A DNA stretch of 64,000 nt from Thermoleophilia bacterium (lineage in GTDB: Bacteria > Actinomycetota > Thermoleophilia > BMS3ABIN01), in NCBI GenBank assembly GCA_014859345.1, contig JACUUL010000002.1, positions 391 to 64,390 of the forward strand, read 5' to 3'. The position numbers were made by a program, and so were the translations under genes. Within the stretch, counting starts at the first letter, position 1, and each line of letters starts with the position of its first letter. Below the pieces are notes generated by a model. It saw only the letters and a program-made list of their open reading frames with translations. It was not told the DNA's origin and searched no databases. Below, one piece after another: positions 31,279 to 40,421 of the stretch.

Positions 31279-31820
31279 TGATTTACGATATCACCTTCCC
31301 TCCGGTTGTTAACAACCCGATAGGCCATCATTATCCCAATCAGGGACTTGGCATCCTCTATCTCTTCAAGCAGCATGTCCACCGGTTCCAGGGGCCGGGA
31401 TTCAGGAACCACGAACTCCTCGCGATCCAGGCTGTTCTCCCCGGGACGCAATTCCTCCGCCAGATACATATACATAATCTCGTCGCAGAATCCAGGGCTG
31501 GAGTAAAAAGTCGCCATATGCGTCATTCTTCCCGCTGTGACTCCCAGTTCCTCTTCCAGTTCCCTCAGGGCGCATTCGCGGGGGATTTCTCCCGGTTTGA
31601 GTTTGCCGGCGGGGATTTCCAACAGCTGACGGTCGACCGCGTCCCGGTACTGGCTGACGAAACGCACGTTGCCACCGTCCAGCGGCACAATGGCGGCGGC
31701 ACCGGGGTGTTCCACGATCTCGCGGCTTGTCCGGCGCCCGTCGGGGAGCTCTACCTCGTCGATCCTGAGGTTGATCACGCTGCCGGTGAATATTCTTTTT
31801 GATAAAAGTCTTTTATTCAT
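31275..31820 (-). CDS. NUDIX hydrolase (ADP-ribose pyrophosphatase-like)
   Basis: REIVEHPGA, EIPAGKL, Nudix box RELEEELG, SSPGFCDE. Confidence 0.92.
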   Translation of the reverse strand: MNKRLLSKRIFTGSVINLRIDEVELPDGRRTSREIVEHPGAAAIVPLDGGNVRFVSQYRDAVDRQLLEIPAGKLKPGEIPRECALRELEEELGVTAGRMTHMATFYSSPGFCDEIMYMYLAEELRPGENSLDREEFVVPESRPLEPVDMLLEEIEDAKSLIGIMMAYRVVNNRREGDIVNQ

Positions 31821-31984
31821 GCGGATTGAGCAAGGCGTTCCCGCAATCAGCCATCCCGGTAACGTGCGCCAGGAACCCGTTATCGCTGCAATGATCCGGG
31901 GAAACGGTCCTCATGGCCTGCAATCTTTTTTAAACCGCACAGACAGGGAATTGAAGTCATATCCGCTGGTTGCCGGCCGGCAGG

Positions 31985-33124
31985 TCATGCCTCCAGCGCC
32001 TTTGCTGTCAGCGCCAGGATCAGCTTGTGCAGCTGCCAGAGCGCCTCCACGGTTATGTACTCTTCGGGAGTATGCACCTTCTCCATGCCTGTGGACATGT
32101 TTATGCAGGGCAGGCCCAGCAGGTTCAGGACATTAACGTCGCTGCCGCCGCCGGTGCTTCCCCGTAACGGCTCGAGTCCGATGTCCCGGACAGCCTGCTC
32201 GGCCATATCAAGCTGCGGGCCGCCAGCGGAGAAATCGAAAGCCCGGAATTCCTCGACAACGGCAAGCTCGACATCCACCTCTTCGCCAGCCGCCGCCATG
32301 TTTATGGAATCTATCATAGCCTCCACCTGTTCCTCCAGTTTGTCCAGGTCGTGGCTACGGACCTCGCCGTTTATGCGGCACCGGTCCGGTACCACATTCG
32401 CCGCGGCGCCGCCCCTGATGAGCCCGATGTTTGCGGTGGTCTCCTCGTCCAGCCGTCCCAGTTTCATGCCGGCTATTGCGTTGCAGGCCGCCGCCACCGC
32501 GCTGCGTCCTTCCTCAGGCGCCACGCCGGCGTGGGCCGCCTTGCCTTTGAACAAGGCCTTGATGGTTTTTTGAGACGGGGAGCGGACGATGATATTGCCC
32601 ACTGGACCGGTGCTGTCAAAACAGAAACCGTACCGGGAACCGACTCCGTCAAGCGACCAGGACTTGGCGCCCAGCAGGCCGCTCTCCTCACCCACGCTCA
32701 GCATGATCTCCACATCCGCGTGCGGGATATCGTCCTTCACTATCCTTTCGGCGCAGTAGACGATCGCCGCCACCGCGGACTTGTCGTCAGCTCCCAGCAC
32801 CGCGCGGCTGCGGCTGCGGAGCACCCCGTCCTCCAGAACCGGATCCGGCAGGGCGTCCGGCTCGGAGGCCACGGTGTCGGTGTGGGCAGACAGCAGGATG
32901 GGGATGCCGGGGGCATTTCCGGGAATGCGGCAGAAGAGGTTGCCTGCTCCGGTCTTTCCTTCGCGGATGGGTTCTCCTTCTGTCACATCAAGGCCGAGCC
33001 CGCGCAGTCGGGTGATGAGAAAATCATTGACGTCACGCTCCTGCCCGGGAGGGCTGGGAATGTGCGCCAGTTCCAGAAAGAGCGACACGAGGGGGTCGGC
33101 GGAGCCGATGCTTTCCTGTCTCAT
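31985..33124 (-). CDS. M20 family peptidase (peptidase T-like)
   Basis: SAHTDTV, LGADDKS, GEESGLLG, GKAAHAGVAPEEG, GGGSD, VHTPEE. Confidence 0.9.
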   Translation of the reverse strand: MRQESIGSADPLVSLFLELAHIPSPPGQERDVNDFLITRLRGLGLDVTEGEPIREGKTGAGNLFCRIPGNAPGIPILLSAHTDTVASEPDALPDPVLEDGVLRSRSRAVLGADDKSAVAAIVYCAERIVKDDIPHADVEIMLSVGEESGLLGAKSWSLDGVGSRYGFCFDSTGPVGNIIVRSPSQKTIKALFKGKAAHAGVAPEEGRSAVAAACNAIAGMKLGRLDEETTANIGLIRGGAAANVVPDRCRINGEVRSHDLDKLEEQVEAMIDSINMAAAGEEVDVELAVVEEFRAFDFSAGGPQLDMAEQAVRDIGLEPLRGSTGGGSDVNVLNLLGLPCINMSTGMEKVHTPEEYITVEALWQLHKLILALTAKALEA

Positions 33125-33127
33125 GGA

Positions 33128-34849
33128 TCAGTTATCCGTGGCGGAATCGGAGCCGGGATCTTCCAGGCCCGCCTCAGCGGCAGACACGGCCGGAACGTCA
33201 GCCGGCAATCCACCGGAACCATCCTCTCCGTATTCACTCTCCTGCTCCACCGCTCTGGCGACAGCGGCTCCCAGGAAATCCCTGAACAGCGGATGCGGCC
33301 GCGTGGGCCTGGATTTGAATTCAGGATGGAACTGTGTGCCTACGAACCACGGATGATCGGCGATCTCGATAATCTCCACCAGCCGCTTGTCAGGTGAGAC
33401 GCCGCTGAAGATCAGACCAGCCTCCTCCAGCTTCGGCCTGAGCGCGTTGTTAACCTCATAACGGTGGCGGTGACGTTCATGTATGTTGCGCAAGCCATAA
33501 GCCTTGGCCGCCTTGCTGCCGCGGGTGAGCTTGCAGGGATAGGACCCCAGGCGCATGGTGCCGCCCAGAGCTTCGACATCTTTCTGGTCCGGAAGCAGGT
33601 CGATAACCGGGTAGGGGGTGCCCTGGTCGAACTCGGAACTGTTGGCCCCGGGCATCCTGGCGACGTTGCGCGCGTACTCCACCACCGCGCACTGCATCCC
33701 CAGGCAGATGCCCAGGAAAGGTATTTTCTTCTCCCGGGCATAACTGACGGCCTGGATCTTTCCCTCGATGCCGCGCACGCCAAATCCGCCAGGGATAAGA
33801 ACACCATCCACGTCCCTGAGCTGCGACTCCACCAGCATCGGCGAAACACCCTCGGAATCGACCCAGACCACCTCCAGCTCACGGCCGTGATAAACCGCTG
33901 CATTCTTGAGAGCCTGGATGACGCTCATGTACGCATCCCACAGCTGGACATATTTTCCCACCAGGGCTATTTTTACCGGCAATTTGCAGGAATTTATCCG
34001 GTCGACCAGATCCTGCCAGTCACTAAGGTCAGGGTCGTCCGCCTTCAGATCCAGTTTTCTAATCACCAGCTCATCGAGGCCCTCCTCCCTGAGGATGAGC
34101 GGAACCATATAGATATCAGGCGCGTCAACCGCAGATATCACCGCCTCCAGCTCTATGTCGCAAAGCAGGGCTATTTTTTCCTTCAGGCTGTTGTTCATGT
34201 GCCTTGAGGCGCGGCAGACGATGATGTCAGGCTGGATACCGATTCCCCTGAGCTCCTTGACGCTGTGCTGGGTGGGCTTGGTCTTCTGCTCGCCTGCGGC
34301 CTCCAGGTACGGAACCAGGGAAACGTGTATATAAAGGGCGTTTTCCCTGCCAACGTCGATGCGGAACTGGCGGATCGCCTCGAGAAACGGCAATGACTCG
34401 ATGTCGCCGACAGTGCCGCCGATCTCGGTTATGACCACGTCCACGCCGCCATCCATGTCGGCGACGCGATGAATACGCTGCTTGATCTCATTGGTCACAT
34501 GCGGTATAAGCTGAACGGTTTTGCCAAGGTAGTCTCCACGCCTCTCCTTGTTGATGACGCTGAAGTACACGGTGCCCGATGTGACATTGCAGTCACTGGT
34601 CAGATTCTCATCGACGTAACGCTCGTAATGGCCCAGGTCAAGATCGGTTTCGGCCCCATCTTCGGTCACGAACACCTCGCCGTGCTCGAACGGGCTCATG
34701 GTGCCGGGATCGACATTGATATAGGGGTCGAGCTTCTGCATCTTCACCTTGACGCCGCGGCTCTTGAGCAGCCGGCCCAGCGATGCCGCCGTGATGCCTT
34801 TGCCCAGCGAAGAGACGACCCCGCCCGTTACGAAGATATGCTTAGCCAT
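33128..34849 (-). CDS. pyrG: CTP synthase
   Basis: [53 protein letters not shown]. Confidence 0.97.
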   Translation of the reverse strand: MAKHIFVTGGVVSSLGKGITAASLGRLLKSRGVKVKMQKLDPYINVDPGTMSPFEHGEVFVTEDGAETDLDLGHYERYVDENLTSDCNVTSGTVYFSVINKERRGDYLGKTVQLIPHVTNEIKQRIHRVADMDGGVDVVITEIGGTVGDIESLPFLEAIRQFRIDVGRENALYIHVSLVPYLEAAGEQKTKPTQHSVKELRGIGIQPDIIVCRASRHMNNSLKEKIALLCDIELEAVISAVDAPDIYMVPLILREEGLDELVIRKLDLKADDPDLSDWQDLVDRINSCKLPVKIALVGKYVQLWDAYMSVIQALKNAAVYHGRELEVVWVDSEGVSPMLVESQLRDVDGVLIPGGFGVRGIEGKIQAVSYAREKKIPFLGICLGMQCAVVEYARNVARMPGANSSEFDQGTPYPVIDLLPDQKDVEALGGTMRLGSYPCKLTRGSKAAKAYGLRNIHERHRHRYEVNNALRPKLEEAGLIFSGVSPDKRLVEIIEIADHPWFVGTQFHPEFKSRPTRPHPLFRDFLGAAVARAVEQESEYGEDGSGGLPADVPAVSAAEAGLEDPGSDSATDN

Positions 34850-34899
34850 CCGTTTTCCGCCTTTCCCAGGGATTTACTGGACCAGCCAGCGCTGGCATT

Positions 34900-34923
34900 A
34901 AAAAACCGGAGGCGCGGCTCCGG
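34900..34923 (-). terminator. Intrinsic terminator in the pyrG 5' leader (possible attenuator)
   Basis: Minus strand CCGGAG-CCGCGC-CTCCGG-TTTTTT, 50 nt upstream of the pyrG ATG and downstream of a TGa-TATACT -10 near 35005. Confidence 0.65.
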
Positions 34924-35069
34924 GAAAATTTTTATCTGTTTTAGTTGTGATCCGTTGATTACCAAACAATCGTCCTGAAACGTCCTTCTCATTACAATAG
35001 AGAGTATATCACCCGTTGGCCGAAGGTGAAAAGCCGGATATTCACCGGTTCAACCGCCGCTTTCGCTAA

Positions 35070-35098
35070 TGGACAAGCGCGAAACAACGGAATATGAT
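35070..35098 (+). promoter_or_regulatory. Sigma-A type promoter of the methyltransferase gene
   Basis: TGGACA-17 nt-TATGAT. Confidence 0.55.
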
Positions 35099-35155
35099 GA
35101 GTGTGCGTTCACTTTGAGCGAGAATGTCTTCGCTCCCTCGCATACGGAGTGACCC

Positions 35156-35902
35156 TTGGACGAGAAACGGACAGAGGAACTGCGCGGCGCTGTCCTTAAA
35201 GCGTATTCCGCGGCGGCGGAACATCCTGACGGGACCCATCCTTTTCCCGTGGGCCGCAAGTTTGCCCTGAGCATCGGATACAGCGAAGAGCTGCTGGCGA
35301 GCCTCCCCGGAATTGCAGTCGATTCTTTTGCCGGCGTTACCAACCTGTCGGTCTCAGCCGGGATTCCACCGAAAAGCAAGGTTCTGGACCTCGGCTGCGG
35401 CGCCGGTCTGGACTCGCTGATTGCGGCCAGGCGTGCGGGACCGGACGGGTGGGTGGCAGGCGTGGATTTCAGTGGGAGCATGCTGGATCGGGCCCGCCAC
35501 GCGGCCAAGGAAGCCGGGCTTGACAACGTTGATTTTTATCTTGCCGATGCCGAGTCGCTGCCTTTTCCTGACGGGCTCTTCGACGTGGCGCTGGTTAACG
35601 GCATCTTCAATTTGAATCCGCGGCGGGACAAGATCATTAGGGAACTATACCGGGTGATGAAGCCTGGGGGCACGGCTTTCATAGCCGAAATCATCCTCAA
35701 GCAGCCGCTGGCGCCTGCGCCTGGCGAGGAGGGCAGCAACGTGAACTGGTTTGCCTGAATCGCCGGAGCCAAGGAGGGAGGATCCTTCCTGGAGGAGTTT
35801 CACTCGGCAGGATTCAGCAGAGCCGAGATTCTCAGGAGATTTCGCAATGACCGCACCATAAACTGCAATGTGGAGGCGGTTGAGCTGAAGCTGACTCGCT
35901 AA
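35156..35902 (+). CDS. ArsM-like class I SAM methyltransferase, probable selenoprotein (TGA 35756-35758 = Sec201)
   Basis: SAM motif VLDLGCGAGLD, GVDFS, FDVALVNGIFNL, VMKPGG; TGA in NWFA*IAGA at the ArsM WxxCIAGA Cys position; frame continues 47 codons to TAA 35900-35902; hairpin just 3' of the TGA. Confidence 0.85.
35769..35792 (+). promoter_or_regulatory. Bacterial SECIS element candidate
   Basis: CC-A-AGGAGGGA-GGA-TCCTTCCT-GG: 8-bp stem with one G-U pair plus a CC/GG extension; G-starting apical loop 21 nt after the UGA. Confidence 0.75.
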
Positions 35903-35981
35903 GGCTCTTGAATCGCCGTGCGCCCGGTGGCCACGGCCTGTCGTTTGCCACACAGAAAGGGCCGGGCCGGTGCCCGAGGCC

Positions 35982-36179
35982 TTATTCTTCCTCTTCAAAA
36001 GTGATGGCGTCCTCCGGGCAGTTCTCCACCGCCGCTTCGACGCAGGCTTCCAGGCCGGCCAGGTCGGTGGCTATTACGTATGAAAGTCCGTCCTCGCGCA
36101 CCTCGAACACCTCCGGACAGATAGCCTCGCAATTTCCGCAACCCTGGCAAAGGGACTGGTCGACCTTGGGGACACGCAT
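35982..36179 (-). CDS. Single-cluster ferredoxin
   Basis: KVDQSLCQGCGNCEAICPEVF...AVENCPEDAI; AAGGAAAGG RBS. Confidence 0.92.
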   Translation of the reverse strand: MRVPKVDQSLCQGCGNCEAICPEVFEVREDGLSYVIATDLAGLEACVEAAVENCPEDAITFEEEE

Positions 36180-36337
36180 GATACGCCTTTCCTTTCGTGA
36201 CCGGCCGTCCGCATTCTACCATAGGCTGAAAGCCGTTCTTTTCCGCATCAGGATACAGTCCATGCAATGTTCATCCGGCCTCGCCGTCCAGAGTCTTTTG
36301 GGTTAAACTAGAGCTTCATGCTTCTGGTTGGCTTGGA

Positions 36338-38275
36338 GTGGCGCGAATGCCCGGTTTTACTGAAAAAACGGCAACCTGCTCGGGATTTTCCGCCGCCGGA
36401 CGACATCCGGTGATAATCTGGCTCGCTGCCGTTTTCGTTCTTTTCCTGGCGTCGGCTGTCACGCCGGATTCCGCCCGCGCCGTCTCCGCCGATGAGCCTA
36501 TCGCCGGTTTCTCTCCGGTCATGGCCTCGCAGCTGGAGGCCGAGCTGGCTTCTGTGAATCCCGGTCACGGATTTCCAGGCCTGTCCCAGATGTATGTGGA
36601 GTGGGGATACCGGTTTGGAATAAGAGCAGATGTGGCCTTCGCCCAGATGCTGCATGAGACCAATTACCTGAGATTTACGGGCGACGTCAAGGCGCATCAG
36701 AACAATTTCGCCGGCATAGGGGCTACTGGAGGCGGCAACCCGGGCAATTCTTTCGCGACCCCGGAGCTCGGCGTCATAGCCCATTACGCGCATCTGGCAT
36801 GGTACGTTTTTCCGGACCATGTCAATGAATTTTGCACCCCGCTTTACGATCCGCGCCACTTCGGCGACACCCACCGCAACTCAGTCCGCACCATCAGAGA
36901 CCTGGGCGGGCAGTGGGCGGTGCCCGGCACCGGATACGGCGACGCTATCGCCCGCATCGCTACCCGCATAAACAGCCGTCCGCCCAGCGGCTATGTTACG
37001 GGCAGTTTTAACGAGGTTCCGGGTACGCCCGCTGACAGGCTTTCCACTTCCTATTATTTCACCTGGTATGATTCGCTGCCGGCTCATAGCATGCTCAACT
37101 GGATCCTGGTTGGCAACCAGGGTATCGGCACCGCGCGGGTCCGCATCACTGTCGGTTCCCAGGTCATACACGACCCGGCGGATCCATCCCGTGATTATTT
37201 CAGCATTCCTTCAGGCGGCCGGATCACGCCCATGATCCCCAATATGATTGGCGGACCAGTCAAGGTTTTATCGCTTGACGGCCATCCCCTGATCGCCAGC
37301 CAGCGGGTGCTTTACCGCGACTCGTTCAATGAGGTGCTGGGCATCCGGGCCGAGGACCTTACCGATTCCTGGGAGTTTACCTGGTACGACTCTCTTCCCC
37401 AAAACGGCATGACCGGCAACTGGGTGCTGGTGGCAAACATGAGCGGGCAGCCTGCGGACGTTGAGATTCTGATCGGAGGAAGGAGAGTAGCGCTATATTC
37501 GGCCGCATCCGGCAATCCTTTGACGCCGGGGCAGATCGTAACGCCGGTATTTCCCGGAACCATGGCCGGACCGGTGCTGGTGCGCTCGACCAACCACCAA
37601 CCGTTGATAGCCAGCCAGCGGGTGCTCTATAAAGACAGCTTTACCGAGCTGACCGGCATGCCAACGAACAGCCTGGACAGCCAGTATTTTTTCACTTGGT
37701 ACGACAGCGTCTGGAGCAGCAACTGGGTGCTGGTCGCGAACCGGGGTTCTCAGCCCGCGGACGTGGACATACTCGTGGGAGGAGCGCTCAAGGCGCGTTA
37801 CAGCAGCGCCGCCGGCAACCCGATCCAGCCCGGGGCGATGGTGACGCCCGTCTTCCCAAACCTCACTGACGGTCCGGTGCGGGTAATCTCGCACAACAAC
37901 CAGCCGTTAATGGCGTCTCAGCGGATCATCTACCGGAACAGCTTCGAGGAGGTTCAGGGCGCGCCGCCCTCCCTTGTTCACCCCGAGCATCTCTTCACCT
38001 GGTATGATTCCAAGCTTATCAACTACATGCGCGGCAACTGGATTCTGGTGGCCAATCACGGATCGGGAGACGCCCGCGTAGAGATCTACATCGGCGGCCA
38101 GAAGATGAACGATCCCTCAAATCCGTCCAACAGCTATTTCACTATCCCGGAGGGCGGCCGCATAACGCCGCAATTTTATAATGTCATGGGCGGTCCGGTA
38201 CGGGTGGTATCGGTGACCGGCCAACCGCTGATGACCAGCCAGAGGGTGCTTTACAAGGATGGCCTGAGCCGGTAG
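36338..38275 (+). CDS. Secreted GH73 glucosaminidase-domain protein with four C-terminal ~105-aa repeats
   Basis: Signal-like hydrophobic segment; GIRADVAFAQMLHETNYL, QNNFAGIGA, DPRHF, LGGQWA; tandem FTWYDS...ASQRVLY repeats; start uncertain. Confidence 0.85.
   Translation: MARMPGFTEKTATCSGFSAAGRHPVIIWLAAVFVLFLASAVTPDSARAVSADEPIAGFSPVMASQLEAELASVNPGHGFPGLSQMYVEWGYRFGIRADVAFAQMLHETNYLRFTGDVKAHQNNFAGIGATGGGNPGNSFATPELGVIAHYAHLAWYVFPDHVNEFCTPLYDPRHFGDTHRNSVRTIRDLGGQWAVPGTGYGDAIARIATRINSRPPSGYVTGSFNEVPGTPADRLSTSYYFTWYDSLPAHSMLNWILVGNQGIGTARVRITVGSQVIHDPADPSRDYFSIPSGGRITPMIPNMIGGPVKVLSLDGHPLIASQRVLYRDSFNEVLGIRAEDLTDSWEFTWYDSLPQNGMTGNWVLVANMSGQPADVEILIGGRRVALYSAASGNPLTPGQIVTPVFPGTMAGPVLVRSTNHQPLIASQRVLYKDSFTELTGMPTNSLDSQYFFTWYDSVWSSNWVLVANRGSQPADVDILVGGALKARYSSAAGNPIQPGAMVTPVFPNLTDGPVRVISHNNQPLMASQRIIYRNSFEEVQGAPPSLVHPEHLFTWYDSKLINYMRGNWILVANHGSGDARVEIYIGGQKMNDPSNPSNSYFTIPEGGRITPQFYNVMGGPVRVVSVTGQPLMTSQRVLYKDGLSR
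37001..38260 (+). repeat. Four degenerate tandem protein repeats of about 303-320 nt
   Basis: Units start near 37001, 37319, 37634 and 37937: SFxE..G...FTWYDS...NW(I/V)LV(G/A)N...TP...GPV.V.S...PL.ASQRVLY. Confidence 0.85.
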
Positions 38276-38375
38276 TCACGGCTGCCGCAGGCAGCGCGGA
38301 ACCGCTTAGTGAAAAAAGATCCTTCTCTGGCGCTCGGGAAGATCCGGATAAGGCTCCGGGTTCTTCCCTCGTTTA

Positions 38376-39290
38376 TTAGCGGCCGGGCTCTATGTGGATG
38401 ACAGTGTCAGTCTCATCGCCGAAAGTGTTTTTCAGCCGCCGCTCCACCAGCGAAGCGATGCGGTGGGAATCCTTGGTGGTCATCTGGGGCTCCACCAGCA
38501 GATGCAGGTCGATCCAGTAGCCGGCCTCGCTTCCCCGGGTGCGAATCTTGTGGCAATCCAGGAGGCCTTCGGCTTTGACGCTCATGCAGACCTCCTTCAC
38601 CCTCCCGGGGTCGATAATGGCCCTGTCCAGGAGCACACTCGAGGCTTCCTGCATGATCCTTACAGCCCAGTACGCGATTATAATTGCGATTATGCCGGCC
38701 ACGATAGCGTCCATCAGGGGATAACCGAGGGCGGCGGCCACCAGGCTGACTATTACCGACATCGAGACCCACACATCGCTCATTGTATGCCGCGAATCGG
38801 CTACGAGGAAATTGCTGTTTAACCGCCGTCCGGCGCGCCTCTCCGTCGAGCTGATGGCTATGTTAACGGCTATGGTCGCTATCATGACAGCGAAGGCGGC
38901 AACGCCGACGTCAGGTGCCTGCGGATGCATCAAACGGTCGATGACGCTGCGGCCGATCTCCAGAGCGGTGATAAGCAGAAGCAGTACGACGCCCAGACTG
39001 GCGAATGTCTCGAATTTGGTGTGGCCATAGGCATGAGACTCGTCCCGCGGCCGGGATGCCAGGGTGATGCCTATGATGCCGATGATATTTGACGAGCCAT
39101 CCATCAGAGAGTGAAAAGCATCCGCTACCATGCTGATAGAGCCGATACTGAATCCCACGCCCCCTTTGCCCAGTGCTACTCCAAGATTGGCCACCAATAC
39201 CCAGATGAGCACGAATCGGATGCGTCGATAGCGGCGTGCCTGCTTGCCGGAAATCTGTGCCGGACGGGCTTTCGGGCGTCTCGTAAGCAT
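38376..39290 (-). CDS. Cation diffusion facilitator (FieF/CzcD family) transporter
   Basis: ADAFHSLMD, HAYGHTKFE, ADSRHTMSD, HKIRTRGS, DLHLLV, IHIEP. Confidence 0.93.
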   Translation of the reverse strand: MLTRRPKARPAQISGKQARRYRRIRFVLIWVLVANLGVALGKGGVGFSIGSISMVADAFHSLMDGSSNIIGIIGITLASRPRDESHAYGHTKFETFASLGVVLLLLITALEIGRSVIDRLMHPQAPDVGVAAFAVMIATIAVNIAISSTERRAGRRLNSNFLVADSRHTMSDVWVSMSVIVSLVAAALGYPLMDAIVAGIIAIIIAYWAVRIMQEASSVLLDRAIIDPGRVKEVCMSVKAEGLLDCHKIRTRGSEAGYWIDLHLLVEPQMTTKDSHRIASLVERRLKNTFGDETDTVIHIEPGR

Positions 39291-40421
39291 CTATACTGGC
39301 CAGGCGCCCCTGCGGGCCAGCCGTGCCATCCACCGGGCGGCGCTCAAGCCGAAAAGAGCACCGGCCCCCATCATGGCCATCAGAGGCCCTTTTCCCTTTC
39401 CCTGAACGTCCAGTCCGGCTCCCTCAGGCAGATACTCCTGGAGCAGCTGACCCCATCCGGTCTCGGCTATCCGGCCCACGTGCCGCCGGCCCCGAAACGG
39501 ATACCAGTAGTACTCCCTCAACAAGGCGGGCATGGGCATCATGCGCCGCCTCCCTCCGCCGAAGCGGAAGTCGACGCCGGCGATGCCGTCCCCCGTCAGA
39601 TCAATTTCGCTGATTTCCCCGTTTCCTACTCCCCGCTCGGTGGCCATGCGGATATAATCGATCTCCATGGGATTGAAACCCATCATGCGGGCGGCCACGG
39701 CGTCCACGGCCACCGGGTCGGCGCCGGCGATGATGTAATCCTTGACGTAGGGAACCAGCAGGCACGGTCCCGGCCCGTCGCCGGAGATGGTGCCGTCGCT
39801 GACTGTGAACACGCCGCCGCACAATTCCTTCTGCAACGCCAGCAGATCAACCAGAAGCCGGTGAATCCCGGTTTTGTGCCACTGGTCATCCAGTAGCGCG
39901 TTGAAGCAGCTCATGGCGGAACCGCCTATAACTGTCAGCGCGTGGGTCTTAAGCGTGGGTAAATGAACGATGTTGTTCCCCAGAAAAGCACCGGGGACCA
40001 GAATGTCGCCCTCGCCAGCCAGCCTGTCCAGGATCATCATTTCCGCCTCCGGAGCAAACTGAACCCAATCATCCAGCTTGGCTTTCCATCGGGTAAAACC
40101 GATGTCATGCCTGGCGGCTGCGGACGTGAGGCCGTTCTGCTCTTCGGCGGATTCGGGCCGCGGTCCCGGCGCGCGTCCGGAAGCCACGCTTATCGCCTGC
40201 GGCAGATATCCGTCCTCGATCATCGCGCGGATGACCCCATCGAGCTGCCATGGCTCGGTTGAGGCGGAAGGATACCATTCCTGCCATTCCAGATTAACCT
40301 TGAGGAAGGTCTGCTTGCCCGGCGGCAGAAATTCCTGATATCCGGCCAGGCGCATAAGCCGTCCGTAATCGGCCAGCACCGTCCGGGGAGTCGTCTTTAA
40401 AACTGCGACGGTCGATTTCAT
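39291..40421 (-). CDS. DUF362 domain protein
   Basis: FLKVNL, TEPWQLDGVI, VHLPTLKTH, DGTISGDGPGP, AGADPVAVDAVAARMMGFNP; ATGA overlap with the recN stop. Confidence 0.8.
   Translation of the reverse strand: MKSTVAVLKTTPRTVLADYGRLMRLAGYQEFLPPGKQTFLKVNLEWQEWYPSASTEPWQLDGVIRAMIEDGYLPQAISVASGRAPGPRPESAEEQNGLTSAAARHDIGFTRWKAKLDDWVQFAPEAEMMILDRLAGEGDILVPGAFLGNNIVHLPTLKTHALTVIGGSAMSCFNALLDDQWHKTGIHRLLVDLLALQKELCGGVFTVSDGTISGDGPGPCLLVPYVKDYIIAGADPVAVDAVAARMMGFNPMEIDYIRMATERGVGNGEISEIDLTGDGIAGVDFRFGGGRRRMMPMPALLREYYWYPFRGRRHVGRIAETGWGQLLQEYLPEGAGLDVQGKGKGPLMAMMGAGALFGLSAARWMARLARRGAWPV

Noticed and set aside
576-33128. Sec read-through at other TGA stops (Isf, dgt, mnmA, membrane protein, pyrG)
   Set aside because: These stops fall at natural family C-termini or plausible protein ends, not at conserved Cys positions, and I saw no SECIS-like hairpin after them.
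37001-38260. Repeats as a CRISPR array or DGR template
   Set aside because: Similarity is at protein level with synonymous divergence; no spacers, cas genes or reverse transcriptase.
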